Shown piece by piece: positions 35,501-49,700 of a stretch of 64,000 bases of DNA. The translations under genes were made by a program, and so were the position numbers. The first letter of the stretch is position 1. Each line of letters opens with the position of its first letter. The stretch is taken from assembly GCA_964016885.1 (NCBI GenBank), contig OZ024744.1, positions 65,410,001-65,474,000 of the forward strand, given 5' to 3'. The notes under the pieces were generated by a model that made no database searches, was not told the origin of the DNA, and worked only from the letters and a program-made list of their open reading frames with translations. Origin of the DNA: Eledone cirrhosa (taxonomy: Eukaryota).

Positions 35501-37792
35501 GGATTGGTTTGGAAGGGAAGACCAATGTCCATGGCCCTACATTCTTTTATACTATTATATATGGATTGGTTTGGAAAGGAAGACCAATGTCCATGGCCCT
35601 ACATTCTTTTATACTATTATATATGGATTGGTTTGGAAGGGAAGACCAATGTCCATGGCCCTACATTCTTTTATATTATTATATATGGATTGGTTTGGAA
35701 GGGAAGGCCAATGTCCATGGCCCTACATTCTATTATATTATTATATATGGATTGGTTTGGAAAAGAAGACCAATGTCCATGGCCCTACATTCTTTTTTAT
35801 TATAATATATGGATTGGTTTGGAAGGGAAGACCAATGTCCATGGCCCTACATTCTTTTATATTATTATATATGGATTGGTTTGGAAAGGAAGACCAATGT
35901 CCATGGCCCTACATTCTTTTATATTATTATATATTGATTGGTTTGGAAAGGAAGACCAATGTCCATGGCCCTACATTCTTTTATATTATTATATATGGAT
36001 TGGTTTGGAAAGGAAGACCAATGTCCATGGCCCAACGTTCTTTTGTATTATTATATGTGGATTGGTTTAGAAAGAAAGACTAATGTCCATGGCCCAACAT
36101 TCTTTTATATTATTATATATGGATTGGTTTGGAAAAGAAGACCAATGTCCATGGCCCTACATTCTTTTTTATTATAATATATGGATTGGTTTGGAAGGGA
36201 AGACCAATGTCCATGGCCCTACATTCTTTTATATTATTATATATGGATTGGTTTGGAAAGGAAGACCAATGTCCATGGCCCTACATTCTTTTATATTATT
36301 ATATATTGATTGGTTTGGAAAGGAAGACCAATGTCCATGGCCCAACGTTCTTTTGTATTATTATATGTGGATTGGTTTAGAAAGGAAGACCAATGTCCAT
36401 GGTCCTACATTCTTTTATACTATTATATATGGATTGGTTTGGAAGGGAGAGCAATGTCCATGGCCCTACATTCTTTTATACTATAATATATGGATTGGTT
36501 TGGAAAGGAAGACCAATGTCCATGGCCCTACATTCTTTTTTATTATTATATATGGATTGGTTTGGAAGGGAAGACCAATGTCCATGGCCCTACATTCTTT
36601 TATATTATTATATATGGATTGGTTTGGAAAGGAAGACCAATGTCCATGGCCCTACATTCTTTTATACTATTATATATGGATTGGTTTGGAAAGGAAGACC
36701 AATGTCCATGGCCCTACATTCTTTTATACTATTATATATGGATTGGTTTGGAAGGGAAGACCAATGTCCATGGCCCTACATTCTTTTATACTATTATATA
36801 TGGATTGGTTTGGAAAGGAAGACCAATGTCCATGGCCCTACATTCTTTTATACTATTATATATGGATTGGTTTGGAAAGGAAGACCAATGTCCATGGCCC
36901 TACATTCTTTTATACTATTATATATGGATTGGTTTGGAAAGGAAGACCAATGTCCATGGCCCTACATTCTTTTATACTATTATATATGGATTGGTTTGGA
37001 AAGGAAGACCAATGTCCATGGCCCTACATTCTTTTATACTATTATATATGGATTGGTTTGGAAAGGAAGACCAATGTCCATGGCCCTACATTCTTTTATA
37101 CTATTATATATGGATTGGTTTGGAAAGGAAGACCAATGTCCATGGCCCTACATTCTTTTATACTATTATATATGGATTGGTTTGGAAGGGAAGACCAATG
37201 TCCATGGCCCTACATTCTTTTATATTATTATATATGGATTGGTTTGGAAAGGAAGACCAATGTCCATGGCCCTACATTCTTTTATATTATTATATATGGA
37301 TTGGTTTGGAAGGGAAGTCCAATGTCCATGGCCCTACATTCTATTATATTATTATATATGGATTGGTTTGGAAAGGAAGACCAATGTCCATGGCCCTACA
37401 TTCTTTTTTATTATAATATATGGATTGGTTTGGTAGGGAAGACCAATGTCCATGGCCCAACATTCTTTTGTATTATTATATATGGATTGGTTTGGAAAGA
37501 AAGACCAATGTCCATGGCCCTACATTCTTTTTTATTATAATATATGGATTGGTCTGGTAGGGAAGACCAATGTCCATGGCCCAACATTCTTTTGTATTAT
37601 TATATATGGATTGGTTTGGAAAGGAAGACCAATGTCCATGGCCCTACATTCTTTTTTATTATAATATATGGATTGGTCTGGTAGGAAAGACCAATGTCCA
37701 TGGCCCAACATTCTTTTGTATTATTATATATGGATTGGTTTGGAAAGGAAAACCAATGTCCATGGCCCTACATTCTTTTATATTATTATATA

Positions 37793-38846
37793 AAAGATGT
37801 AGTGGGATCACAGGTAAGCTAACTAAGAACATAGATTTTACATGTGGCCGGTGCTCTGGTGCAATAAGTAGCAGCAAGTGCCCCAAAACTACTAGCTCTT
37901 TCAATTGCGCAGAGGGTTCTATAGAAATAGTGGACAGCTTCCGTTACCTGGGCGATAAAATCAGCAGTGGGAGAGGGTGCTCTGAAAGTACTGTAGCTAG
38001 AGTCAGAACTGGTTGGAAAAAGTTCACTATTAGCTGCTAAAGGGTCTCACTAAAAATGAAAGGCAGGTTGTACGATGCCTGCATACGAACAGCAATGCTG
38101 TATGGCAGTGAGACCTGGGCATTGTGTGCAGAGGATATACGCAGACTAGAGAGGAACGAAGCTTGCATGCTCCGCTGGATGTGTAACAGTAATATACGTG
38201 AACGGCAAAGCATAAACGAACTAAGGAAAAAATTAGAGATAAGAGGGATCAGATGTTTACTCGAGAGAAGGCTACGTTGGTATGGACACGTGATGCGCAT
38301 GAAAGTCGATAGCTGTATAACAAAGTGCAGGGCAATAAAGATAGACGGTAGCCACGGAATAGGCAGACCTAGAAAAACCTGGGACGAGCTGATAAACTCC
38401 GACCTCACACACTTACACCTCTCCAAGACAATGTCACTGGACCGAGACCTTTGGCGGTACTCAGTAACAGAGAAGACCCGCCTTGCCAGTAGGCATCTCT
38501 AACAAAATACACCCCGTCCCGCCACCTCCCCCACCCATCCACACCACCCGTCCTATGTAAAGTTATGTTGGTGCCGCGCCATCCAGGCCGAAACAAATGA
38601 GATCGTGTAGGTGCCACGACAAAAAAACACACAGTCCACGCTGTAATGTGGCCGTGTAGGCAACACGGTAAAAACCTCCCAGACCCACACTGTAAATGTG
38701 GTTGGTGTTAGGAAGGGCATCCAACTGTAGAAAACCTGCCAGACAGTCCTATACGAGCAAGACAATCACTCTTGCCTCAAGTGGGACTACCCCCGTCCAA
38801 ACCCATGCAAGCGTGGAACACGGACGTTAAACGTTGATGATGATGA
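37793..38846 (+). mobile_element. 5'-truncated RTE LINE, copy 1 in the satellite (1054 bp, most diverged)
   Basis: RT C-terminus (FRYLG, LYGSETW, RRLRWYGHVMR, GRPRKTW), 3' UTR and (TGA)n tail. Carries private 14-, 1- and 3-bp deletions. Confidence 0.95.
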
Positions 38847-40457
38847 TATGGATTGGTTTGGAAAGGAAGACCAATGTCCATGGCCCTACATTATTTTATA
38901 TTATTATATATGGATTGGTTTGGAAAGGAAGACCAATGTCCATGGCCCAACATTCTTTTATATTATTATATATGGATTGGTTTGGAAAGGAAGACCAATG
39001 TCCATGGCCCTACATTCTTTTATACTATTATATATGGATTGGTTTGGAAGGGAAGACAAATGTCCATGGCCCTACATTCTTTTATATTATTATATATGGA
39101 TTGGTCTGGAAAGGAAGACCAATGTCCATGGCCCTACATTCTTTTATATTATTATATATGGATTGGTTTGGAAGGGAGAGCAATGTCCATGGCCCTACAT
39201 TCTTTTATACTATTATATATGGATTGGTTTAGAAGGGAGAGCAATGTCCATGGCCCTACATTCTTTTATACTATTATATATGGATTGGTTTGGAAGGGAA
39301 GACCAATGTCCATGGCCCTACATTCTTTTATATTATTATATATGGATTGGTTTGGAAAGGAAGACCAATGTCCATGGCCCTACATTCTTTTTTATTATAA
39401 TATATGGATTGGTTTGGTAGGGAAGACCAATGTCCATGGCCCAACATTCTTTTGTATTATTATATATGGATTGGTTTGGAAGGGAGAGCAATGTCCATGG
39501 CCCTACATTCTTTTATACTATTATATATATGGATTGGTTTGGAAGGGAAGACCAATGTCCATGGCCCAACATTCTTTTATATTATTATATATGGATTGGT
39601 CTGGAAAGGAAGACCAATGTCCATGGCCCAACATTCTTTTTTATTATAATATATGGATTGGTTTGGAAAGAAAGACCAATGTCCATGGCCCAACATTCTT
39701 TTATATTATTATATATGGATTGGTTTGGAAAGAAGACCAATGTCCATGGCCCTACATTCTTTTATATTATTATATATGGATTGGTTTGGAAGGGAAGACC
39801 AATGTCCATGGCCCTACATTCTTTTATATTATTATATATGGATTGGTTTGGAAAGGAAGACCAATGTCCATGGCCCTACATTCTTTTATATTATTATATA
39901 TGGATTGGTTTGGAAAGGAAGACCAATGTCCATGGCCCTACATTCTTTTTTATTATAATATATGGATTGGTTTGGTAGGGAAGACCAATGTCCATGGCCC
40001 AACATTCTTTTATATTATTATATATGGATTGGTTTGGAAAGGAAGACCAATGTCCATGGTCCTACATTCTTTTATACTATTATATATGGATTGGTTTGGA
40101 AGGGAGAGCAATGTCCATGGCCCTACATTCTTTTATACTATTATATATGGATTGGTTTGGAAGGGAAGACCAATGTCCATGGCCCTACATTCTTTTATAC
40201 TATTATATATGGATTGGTTTGGAAAGGAAGACCAATGTCCATGGCCCTACATTCTTTTATACTATTATATATGGATTGGTTTGGAAGGGAAGACCAATGT
40301 CCATGGCCCTACATTCTTTTTTATTATAATATATGGATTGGTCTGGTAGGGAAGACCAATGTCCATGGCCCAACATTCTTTTGTATTATTATATATGGAT
40401 TGGTTTGGAAAGGAAAACCAATGTCCATGGCCCTACATTCTTTTATATTATTATATA

Positions 40458-41529
40458 AAAGATGTAGTGGGATCACAGGTAAGCTAACTAAGAACATAGA
40501 TTTTACATGTGGCCGGTGCTCTGGTGCAATAAGTAGCAGCAAGTGCCCACAGACTACTAGCTCTTTCAATTGCGCAGAGGGTTCTATAGAAATAGTGGAC
40601 AGCTTCCGTTACCTGGGCAATAAAATCAGCAGTGGGGGAGGGTGCTCTGAAAGTACTGTAGCTAGAGTCAGAACTGGTTGGAAAAAGTTCAGAGAGCTTA
40701 TACCACTATTAGCTGCTAAAGGGTTCTCACTAAAAATGAAAGGCAGGTTGTACGATGCCTGCATACGAACAGCAATGCTGCATGGCAGTGAGACCTGGGC
40801 ATTGTGTGCAGAGGATATACGCAGACTAGAGAGGAACGAAGCTTGCATGCTCCGCTGGATGTGTAACAGTAATATACGTGAACGGCAAAGCATAAACGAA
40901 CTAAGGAAAAAATTAGAGATAAGAGGGATCAGATGTTGTTTGCTCGAGAGAAGGCTACGTTGGTATGGACACGTGATGCGCATGAAAGTCGATAGCTGTA
41001 TAACAAAGTGCAGGGCAATAAAGATAGACGGTAGCCACGGAATAGGCAGACCTAGAAAAACCTGGGACGAGCTGATAAACTCCGACCTCACACACTTACA
41101 CCTCTCCAAGACAATGTCACTGGACCGAGACCTTTGGCGGTACTCAGTAACAGAGAAGACCCGCCTTGCCAGTAGGCATCTCTAACAAAATACACCCCGT
41201 CCCGCCACCTCCCCCACCCATCCACACCACCCGTCCTATGTAAAGTTATGTTGGTGCCGCGCCATCCAGGCCGAAACAAATGAGATCGTGTAGGTGTCAC
41301 GACAAAAAAACACACAGTCCACGCTGTAATGTGGCCGTGTAGGCAACACGGTAAAAACCTCCCAGACCCACACTGTAAATGTGGTTGGTGTTAGGAAGGG
41401 CATCCAACTGTAGAAAACCTGCCAGACAGTCCTATGCGAGCAAGACAATCACTCTTGCCTCAAGTGGGACTACCCCCGTCCAAACCCATGCAAGCGTGGA
41501 ACACGGACGTTAAACGTTGATGATGATGA
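40458..41529 (+). mobile_element. RTE LINE copy 2 (1072 bp)
   Basis: Same junctions as copy 1; YLGN allele. Confidence 0.95.
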
Positions 41530-43140
41530 TATGGATTGGTTTGGAAAGGAAGACCAATGTCCATGGCCCTACATTATTTTATATTATTATATATGGATTG
41601 GTTTGGAAAGGAAGACCAATGTCCATGGCCCAACATTCTTTTATATTATTATATATGGATTGGTTTGGAAAGGAAGACCAATGTCCATGGCCCTACATTC
41701 TTTTATACTATTATATATGGATTGGTTTGGAAGGGAAGACAAATGTCCATGGCCCTACATTCTTTTATATTATTATATATGGATTGGTCTGGAAAGGAAG
41801 ACCAATGTCCATGGCCCTACATTCTTTTATATTATTATATATGGATTGGTTTGGAAGGGAGAGCAATGTCCATGGCCCTACATTCTTTTATACTATTATA
41901 TATGGATTGGTTTAGAAGGGAGAGCAATGTCCATGGCCCTACATTCTTTTATACTATTATATATGGATTGGTTTGGAAGGGAAGACCAATGTCCATGGCC
42001 CTACATTCTTTTATATTATTATATATGGATTGGTTTGGAAAGGAAGACCAATGTCCATGGCCCTACATTCTTTTTTATTATAATATATGGATTGGTTTGG
42101 TAGGGAAGACCAATGTCCATGGCCCAACATTCTTTTGTATTATTATATATGGATTGGTTTGGAAGGGAGAGCAATGTCCATGGCCCTACATTCTTTTATA
42201 CTATTATATATATGGATTGGTTTGGAAGGGAAGACCAATGTCCATGGCCCAACATTCTTTTATATTATTATATATGGATTGGTCTGGAAAGGAAGACCAA
42301 TGTCCATGGCCCAACATTCTTTTTTATTATAATATATGGATTGGTTTGGAAAGAAAGACCAATGTCCATGGCCCAACATTCTTTTATATTATTATATATG
42401 GATTGGTTTGGAAAGAAGACCAATGTCCATGGCCCTACATTCTTTTATATTATTATATATGGATTGGTTTGGAAGGGAAGACCAATGTCCATGGCCCTAC
42501 ATTCTTTTATATTATTATATATGGATTGGTTTGGAAAGGAAGACCAATGTCCATGGCCCTACATTCTTTTATATTATTATATATGGATTGGTTTGGAAAG
42601 GAAGACCAATGTCCATGGCCCTACATTCTTTTTTATTATAATATATGGATTGGTTTGGTAGGGAAGACCAATGTCCATGGCCCAACATTCTTTTATATTA
42701 TTATATATGGATTGGTTTGGAAAGGAAGACCAATGTCCATGGTCCTACATTCTTTTATACTATTATATATGGATTGGTTTGGAAGGGAGAGCAATGTCCA
42801 TGGCCCTACATTCTTTTATACTATTATATATGGATTGGTTTGGAAGGGAAGACCAATGTCCATGGCCCTACATTCTTTTATACTATTATATATGGATTGG
42901 TTTGGAAAGGAAGACCAATGTCCATGGCCCTACATTCTTTTATACTATTATATATGGATTGGTTTGGAAGGGAAGACCAATGTCCATGGCCCTACATTCT
43001 TTTTTATTATAATATATGGATTGGTCTGGTAGGGAAGACCAATGTCCATGGCCCAACATTCTTTTGTATTATTATATATGGATTGGTTTGGAAAGGAAAA
43101 CCAATGTCCATGGCCCTACATTCTTTTATATTATTATATA

Positions 43141-44212
43141 AAAGATGTAGTGGGATCACAGGTAAGCTAACTAAGAACATAGATTTTACATGTGGCCGGT
43201 GCTCTGGTGCAATAAGTAGCAGCAAGTGCCCACAGACTACTAGCTCTTTCAATTGCGCAGAGGGTTCTATAGAAATAGTGGACAGCTTCCGTTACCTGGG
43301 CAATAAAATCAGCAGTGGGGGAGGGTGCTCTGAAAGTACTGTAGCTAGAGTCAGAACTGGTTGGAAAAAGTTCAGAGAGCTTATACCACTATTAGCTGCT
43401 AAAGGGTTCTCACTAAAAATGAAAGGCAGGTTGTACGATGCCTGCATACGAACAGCAATGCTGCATGGCAGTGAGACCTGGGCATTGTGTGCAGAGGATA
43501 TACGCAGACTAGAGAGGAACGAAGCTTGCATGCTCCGCTGGATGTGTAACAGTAATATACGTGAACGGCAAAGCATAAACGAACTAAGGAAAAAATTAGA
43601 GATAAGAGGGATCAGATGTTGTTTGCTCGAGAGAAGGCTACGTTGGTATGGACACGTGATGCGCATGAAAGTCGATAGCTGTATAACAAAGTGCAGGGCA
43701 ATAAAGATAGACGGTAGCCACGGAATAGGCAGACCTAGAAAAACCTGGGACGAGCTGATAAACTCCGACCTCACACACTTACACCTCTCCAAGACAATGT
43801 CACTGGACCGAGACCTTTGGCGGTACTCAGTAACAGAGAAGACCCGCCTTGCCAGTAGGCATCTCTAACAAAATACACCCCGTCCCGCCACCTCCCCCAC
43901 CCATCCACACCACCCGTCCTATGTAAAGTTATGTTGGTGCCGCGCCATCCAGGCCGAAACAAATGAGATCGTGTAGGTGTCACGACAAAAAAACACACAG
44001 TCCACGCTGTAATGTGGCCGTGTAGGCAACACGGTAAAAACCTCCCAGACCCACACTGTAAATGTGGTTGGTGTTAGGAAGGGCATCCAACTGTAGAAAA
44101 CCTGCCAGACAGTCCTATGCGAGCAAGACAATCACTCTTGCCTCAAGTGGGACTACCCCCGTCCAAACCCATGCAAGCGTGGAACACGGACGTTAAACGT
44201 TGATGATGATGA
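43141..44212 (+). mobile_element. RTE LINE copy 3 (1072 bp)
   Basis: Offset +2683 from copy 2; YLGN allele. Confidence 0.95.
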
Positions 44213-45635
44213 TATGGATTGGTTTGGAAAGGAAGACCAATGTCCATGGCCCTACATTATTTTATATTATTATATATGGATTGGTTTGGAAAGGAAGACC
44301 AATGTCCATGGCCCAACATTCTTTTATATTATTATATATGGATTGGTTTGGAAAGGAAGACCAATGTCCATGGCCCTACATTCTTTTATACTATTATATA
44401 TGGATTGGTTTGGAAGGGAAGACAAATGTCCATGGCCCTACATTCTTTTATATTATTATATATGGATTGGTCTGGAAAGGAAGACCAATGTCCATGGCCC
44501 TACATTCTTTTATATTATTATATATGGATTGGTTTGGAAGGGAGAGCAATGTCCATGGCCCTACATTCTTTTATACTATTATATATGGATTGGTTTAGAA
44601 GGGAGAGCAATGTCCATGGCCCTACATTCTTTTATACTATTATATATGGATTGGTTTGGAAGGGAAGACCAATGTCCATGGCCCTACATTCTTTTATATT
44701 ATTATATATGGATTGGTTTGGAAAGGAAGACCAATGTCCATGGCCCTACATTCTTTTTTATTATAATATATGGATTGGTTTGGTAGGGAAGACCAATGTC
44801 CATGGCCCAACATTCTTTTATATTATTATATATGGATTGGTTTGGAAAGGAAGACCAATGTCCATGGTCCTACATTCTTTTATACTATTATATATGGATT
44901 GGTTTGGAAGGGAGAGCAATGTCCATGGCCCTACATTCTTTTATACTATTATATATGGATTGGTTTGGAAGGGAAGACCAATGTCCATGGCCCTACATTC
45001 TTTTATACTATTATATATGGATTGGTTTGGAAAGGAAGACCAATGTCCATGGCCCAACATTCTTTTATATTATTATATATGGATTGGTTTGGAAGGGAGA
45101 GCAATGTCCATGGCCCTACATTCTTTTATACTATTATATATGGATTGGTTTGGAAGGGAAGACCAATGTCCATGGCCCTACATTCTTTTATACTATTATA
45201 TATGGATTGGTTTGGAAAGGAAGACCAATGTCCATGGCCCTACATTCTTTTTTATTATAATATATGGATTGGTTTGGTAGGGAAGACCAATGTCCATGGC
45301 CCAACATTCTTTTATATTATTATATATGGATTGGTTTGGAAAGGAAGACCAATGTCCATGGTCCTACATTCTTTTATACTATTATATATGGATTGGTTTG
45401 GAAGGGAGAGCAATGTCCATGGCCCTACATTCTTTTATACTATTATATATGGATTGGTTTGGAAGGGAAGACCAATGTCCATGGCCCTACATTCTTTTTT
45501 ATTATAATATATGGATTGGTCTGGTAGGGAAGACCAATGTCCATGGCCCAACATTCTTTTGTATTATTATATATGGATTGGTTTGGAAAGGAAAACCAAT
45601 GTCCATGGCCCTACATTCTTTTATATTATTATATA

Positions 45636-46707
45636 AAAGATGTAGTGGGATCACAGGTAAGCTAACTAAGAACATAGATTTTACATGTGGCCGGTGCTCT
45701 GGTGCAATAAGTAGCAGCAAGTGCCCACAGACTACTAGCTCTTTCAATTGCGCAGAGGGTTCTATAGAAATAGTGGACAGCTTCCGTTACCTGGGCGATA
45801 AAATCAGCAGTGGGGGAGGGTGCTCTGAAAGTACTGTAGCTAGAGTCAGAACTGGTTGGAAAAAGTTCAGAGAGCTTATACCACTATTAGCTGCTAAAGG
45901 GTTCTCACTAAAAATGAAAGGCAGGTTGTACGATGCCTGCATACGAACAGCAATGCTGCATGGCAGTGAGACCTGGGCATTGTGTGCAGAGGATATACGC
46001 AGACTAGAGAGGAACGAAGCTTGCATGCTCCGCTGGATGTGTAACAGTAATATACGTGAACGGCAAAGCATAAACGAACTAAGGAAAAAATTAGAGATAA
46101 GAGGGATCAGATGTTGTTTGCTCGAGAGAAGGCTACGTTGGTATGGACACGTGATGCGCATGAAAGTCGATAGCTGTATAACAAAGTGCAGGGCAATAAA
46201 GATAGACGGTAGCCACGGAATAGGCAGACCTAGAAAAACCTGGGACGAGCTGATAAACTCCGACCTCACACACTTACACCTCTCCAAGACAATGTCACTG
46301 GACCGAGACCTTTGGCGGTACTCAGTAACAGAGAAGACCCGCCTTGCCAGTAGGCATCTCTAACAAAATACACCCCGTCCCGCCACCTCCCCCACCTATC
46401 CACACCACCCGTCCTATGTAAAGTTATGTTGGTGCCGCGCCATCCAGGCCGAAACAAATGAGATCGTGTAGGTGTCACGACAAAAAAACACACAGTCCAC
46501 GCTGTAATGTGGCCGTGTAGGCAACACGGTAAAAACCTCCCAGACCCACACTGTAAATGTGGTTGGTGTTAGGAAGGGCATCCAACTGTAGAAAACCTGC
46601 CAGACAGTCCTATGCGAGCAAGACAATCACTCTTGCCTCAAGTGGGACTACCCCCGTCCAAACCCATGCAAGCGTGGAACACGGACGTTAAACGTTGATG
46701 ATGATGA
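45636..46707 (+). mobile_element. RTE LINE copy 4 (1072 bp)
   Basis: Same junctions; YLGD allele; one private SNP in the 3' UTR (CCTATCC). Confidence 0.95.
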
Positions 46708-49700
46708 TATGGATTGGTTTGGAAAGGAAGACCAATGTCCATGGCCCTACATTATTTTATATTATTATATATGGATTGGTTTGGAAAGGAAGACCAATGT
46801 CCATGGCCCAACATTCTTTTATATTATTATATATGGATTGGTTTGGAAAGGAAGACCAATGTCCATGGCCCAACATTCTTTTATATTATTATATATGGAT
46901 TGGTTTGGAAAGGAAGACCAATGTCCATGGCCCAACATTCTTTTATATTATTATATATGGATTGGTTTGGAAAGGAAGACCAATGTCCATGGCCCAACAT
47001 TCTTTTATATTATTATATATGGATTGGTTTGGAAAGGAAGACCAATGTCCATGGCCCAACATTCTTTTATATTATTATATATGGATTGGTTTGGAAAGGA
47101 AGACCAATGTCCATGGCCCTACATTCTTTTATACTATTATATATGGATTGGTTTGGAAGGGAAGACAAATGTCCATGGCCCTACATTCTTTTATATTATT
47201 ATATATGGATTGGTCTGGAAAGGAAGACCAATGTCCATGGCCCTACATTCTTTTATATTATTATATATGGATTGGTTTGGAAGGGAGAGCAATGTCCATG
47301 GCCCTACATTCTTTTATACTATTATATATGGATTGGTTTAGAAGGGAGAGCAATGTCCATGGCCCTACATTCTTTTATACTATTATATATGGATTGGTTT
47401 GGAAGGGAAGACCAATGTCCATGGCCCTACATTCTTTTATATTATTATATATGGATTGGTTTGGAAAGGAAGACCAATGTCCATGGCCCTACATTCTTTT
47501 ATATTATTATATATGGATTGGTTTGGAAAGGAAGACCAATGTCCATGGCCCTACATTCTTTTATATTATTATATATGGATTGGTTTGGAAAGGAAGACCA
47601 ATGTCCATGGCCCTACATTCTTTTTTATTATAATATATGGATTGGTTTGGTAGGGAAGACCAATGTCCATGGCCCAACATTCTTTTATATTATTATATAT
47701 GGATTGGTTTGGAAAGGAAGACCAATGTCCATGGTCCTACATTCTTTTATACTATTATATATGGATTGGTTTGGAAGGGAGAGCAATGTCCATGGCCCTA
47801 CATTCTTTTATACTATTATATATGGATTGGTTTGGAAGGGAAGACCAATGTCCATGGCCCTACATTCTTTTATACTATTATATATGGATTGGTTTGGAAG
47901 GGAAGACCAATGTCCATGGCCCTACATTCTTTTTTATTATAATATATGCATTGGTTTGGAAAGGAAGACCAATGTCCATGGCCCTACATTCTTTTATATT
48001 ATAATATATGGATTGGTTTGGAAGGGAAGACCAATGTCCATGGCCCTACATTCTTTTATATTATTATATATTGATTGGTTTGGAAAGGAAGACCAATGTC
48101 CATGGCCCTACATTCTTTTTTATTATAATATATGGATTGGTCTGGTAGGGAAGACCAATGTCCATGGCCCAACATTCTTTTGTATTATTATATATGGATT
48201 GGTTTGGAAAGGAAAACCAATGTCCATGGCCCTACATTCTTTTATACTATTATATATGGATTGGTTTGGAAGGGAAAACAAATGTCCATGGCCCTACATT
48301 CTTTTATATTATAATATATGGATTGGTTTGGAAAGAAGACCAATGTCCATGGCCCTACATTCTTTTATATTATTATATATGGATTGATTTGGAAAGAAGA
48401 CCAATGTCCATGGCCCTACATTCTTTTATATTATTATATATGGATTGATTTGGAAGGGAAGACCAATGTCCATGGCCCTACATTATTTTATATTATTATA
48501 TATGGATTGGTTTGGAAAGAAGACCAATGTCCATGGCCCTACATTCTTTTATATTATTATATATGGATTGATTTGGAAGGGAAGACCAATGTCCATGGCC
48601 CTACATTCTTTTATATTATTATATATGGATTGGTTTGGAAAGGAAGACCAATGTCCATGGCCCTACATTATTTTATATTATTATATATGGATTGGTTTGG
48701 AAAGGAAGACCAATGTCCATGGCCCTACATTCTTTTTTATTATAATATATGGATTGGTTTGGTAGGGAAGACCAATGTCCATGGCCCAACATTCTTTTAT
48801 ATTATTATATATGGATTGGTTTGGAAAGGAAGACCAATGTCCATGGCCCTACATTCTTTTATACTATTATATATGGATTGGTTTGGAAAGGAAGACCAAT
48901 GTCCATGGCCCAACATTCTTTTATATTATTATATATGGATTGGTTTGGAAGGGAAGACCAATGTCCATGGCCCTACATTCTTTTATACTATTATATATGG
49001 ATTGGTTTGGAAGGGAAGACAAATGTCCATGGCCCTACATTCTTTTATATTATTATATATGGATTGGTCTGGAAAGGAAGACCAATGTCCATGGCCCTAC
49101 ATTCTTTTATATTATTATATATGGATTGGTTTGGAAGGGAGAGCAATGTCCATGGCCCTACATTCTTTTATACTATTATATATGGATTGGTTTAGAAGGG
49201 AGAGCAATGTCCATGGCCCTACATTCTTTTATACTATTATATATGGATTGGTTTGGAAGGGAAGACCAATGTCCATGGCCCTACATCTTTTATATTATTA
49301 TATTTGGATTGGTTTGGAAGGGAAGACCAATGTCCATGGCCCTACATTCTTTTAATTATATATGGATTGGTTTGGAAAGGAAGACCAATGTCCATGGCCC
49401 TACATTCTTTTTTATTATAATATATGGATTGGTTTGGAAAGGAAGACCAATGTCCATGGCCCTACATTCTTTTTTATTATTATATATGGATTGGTTTGGA
49501 AGGGAAGACCAATGTCCATGGCCCAACATTCTTTTGTATTATTATATATGGATTGGTTTGGAAAGAAAGACCAATGTCCATGGCCCTACATTCTTTTATA
49601 TTATTATATATGGATTGGTTTCGAAAGAAGACCAATGTCCATGGCCCTACATTCTTTTATATTATTATATATGGATTGGTTTGGAAGGGAAGACCAATGT

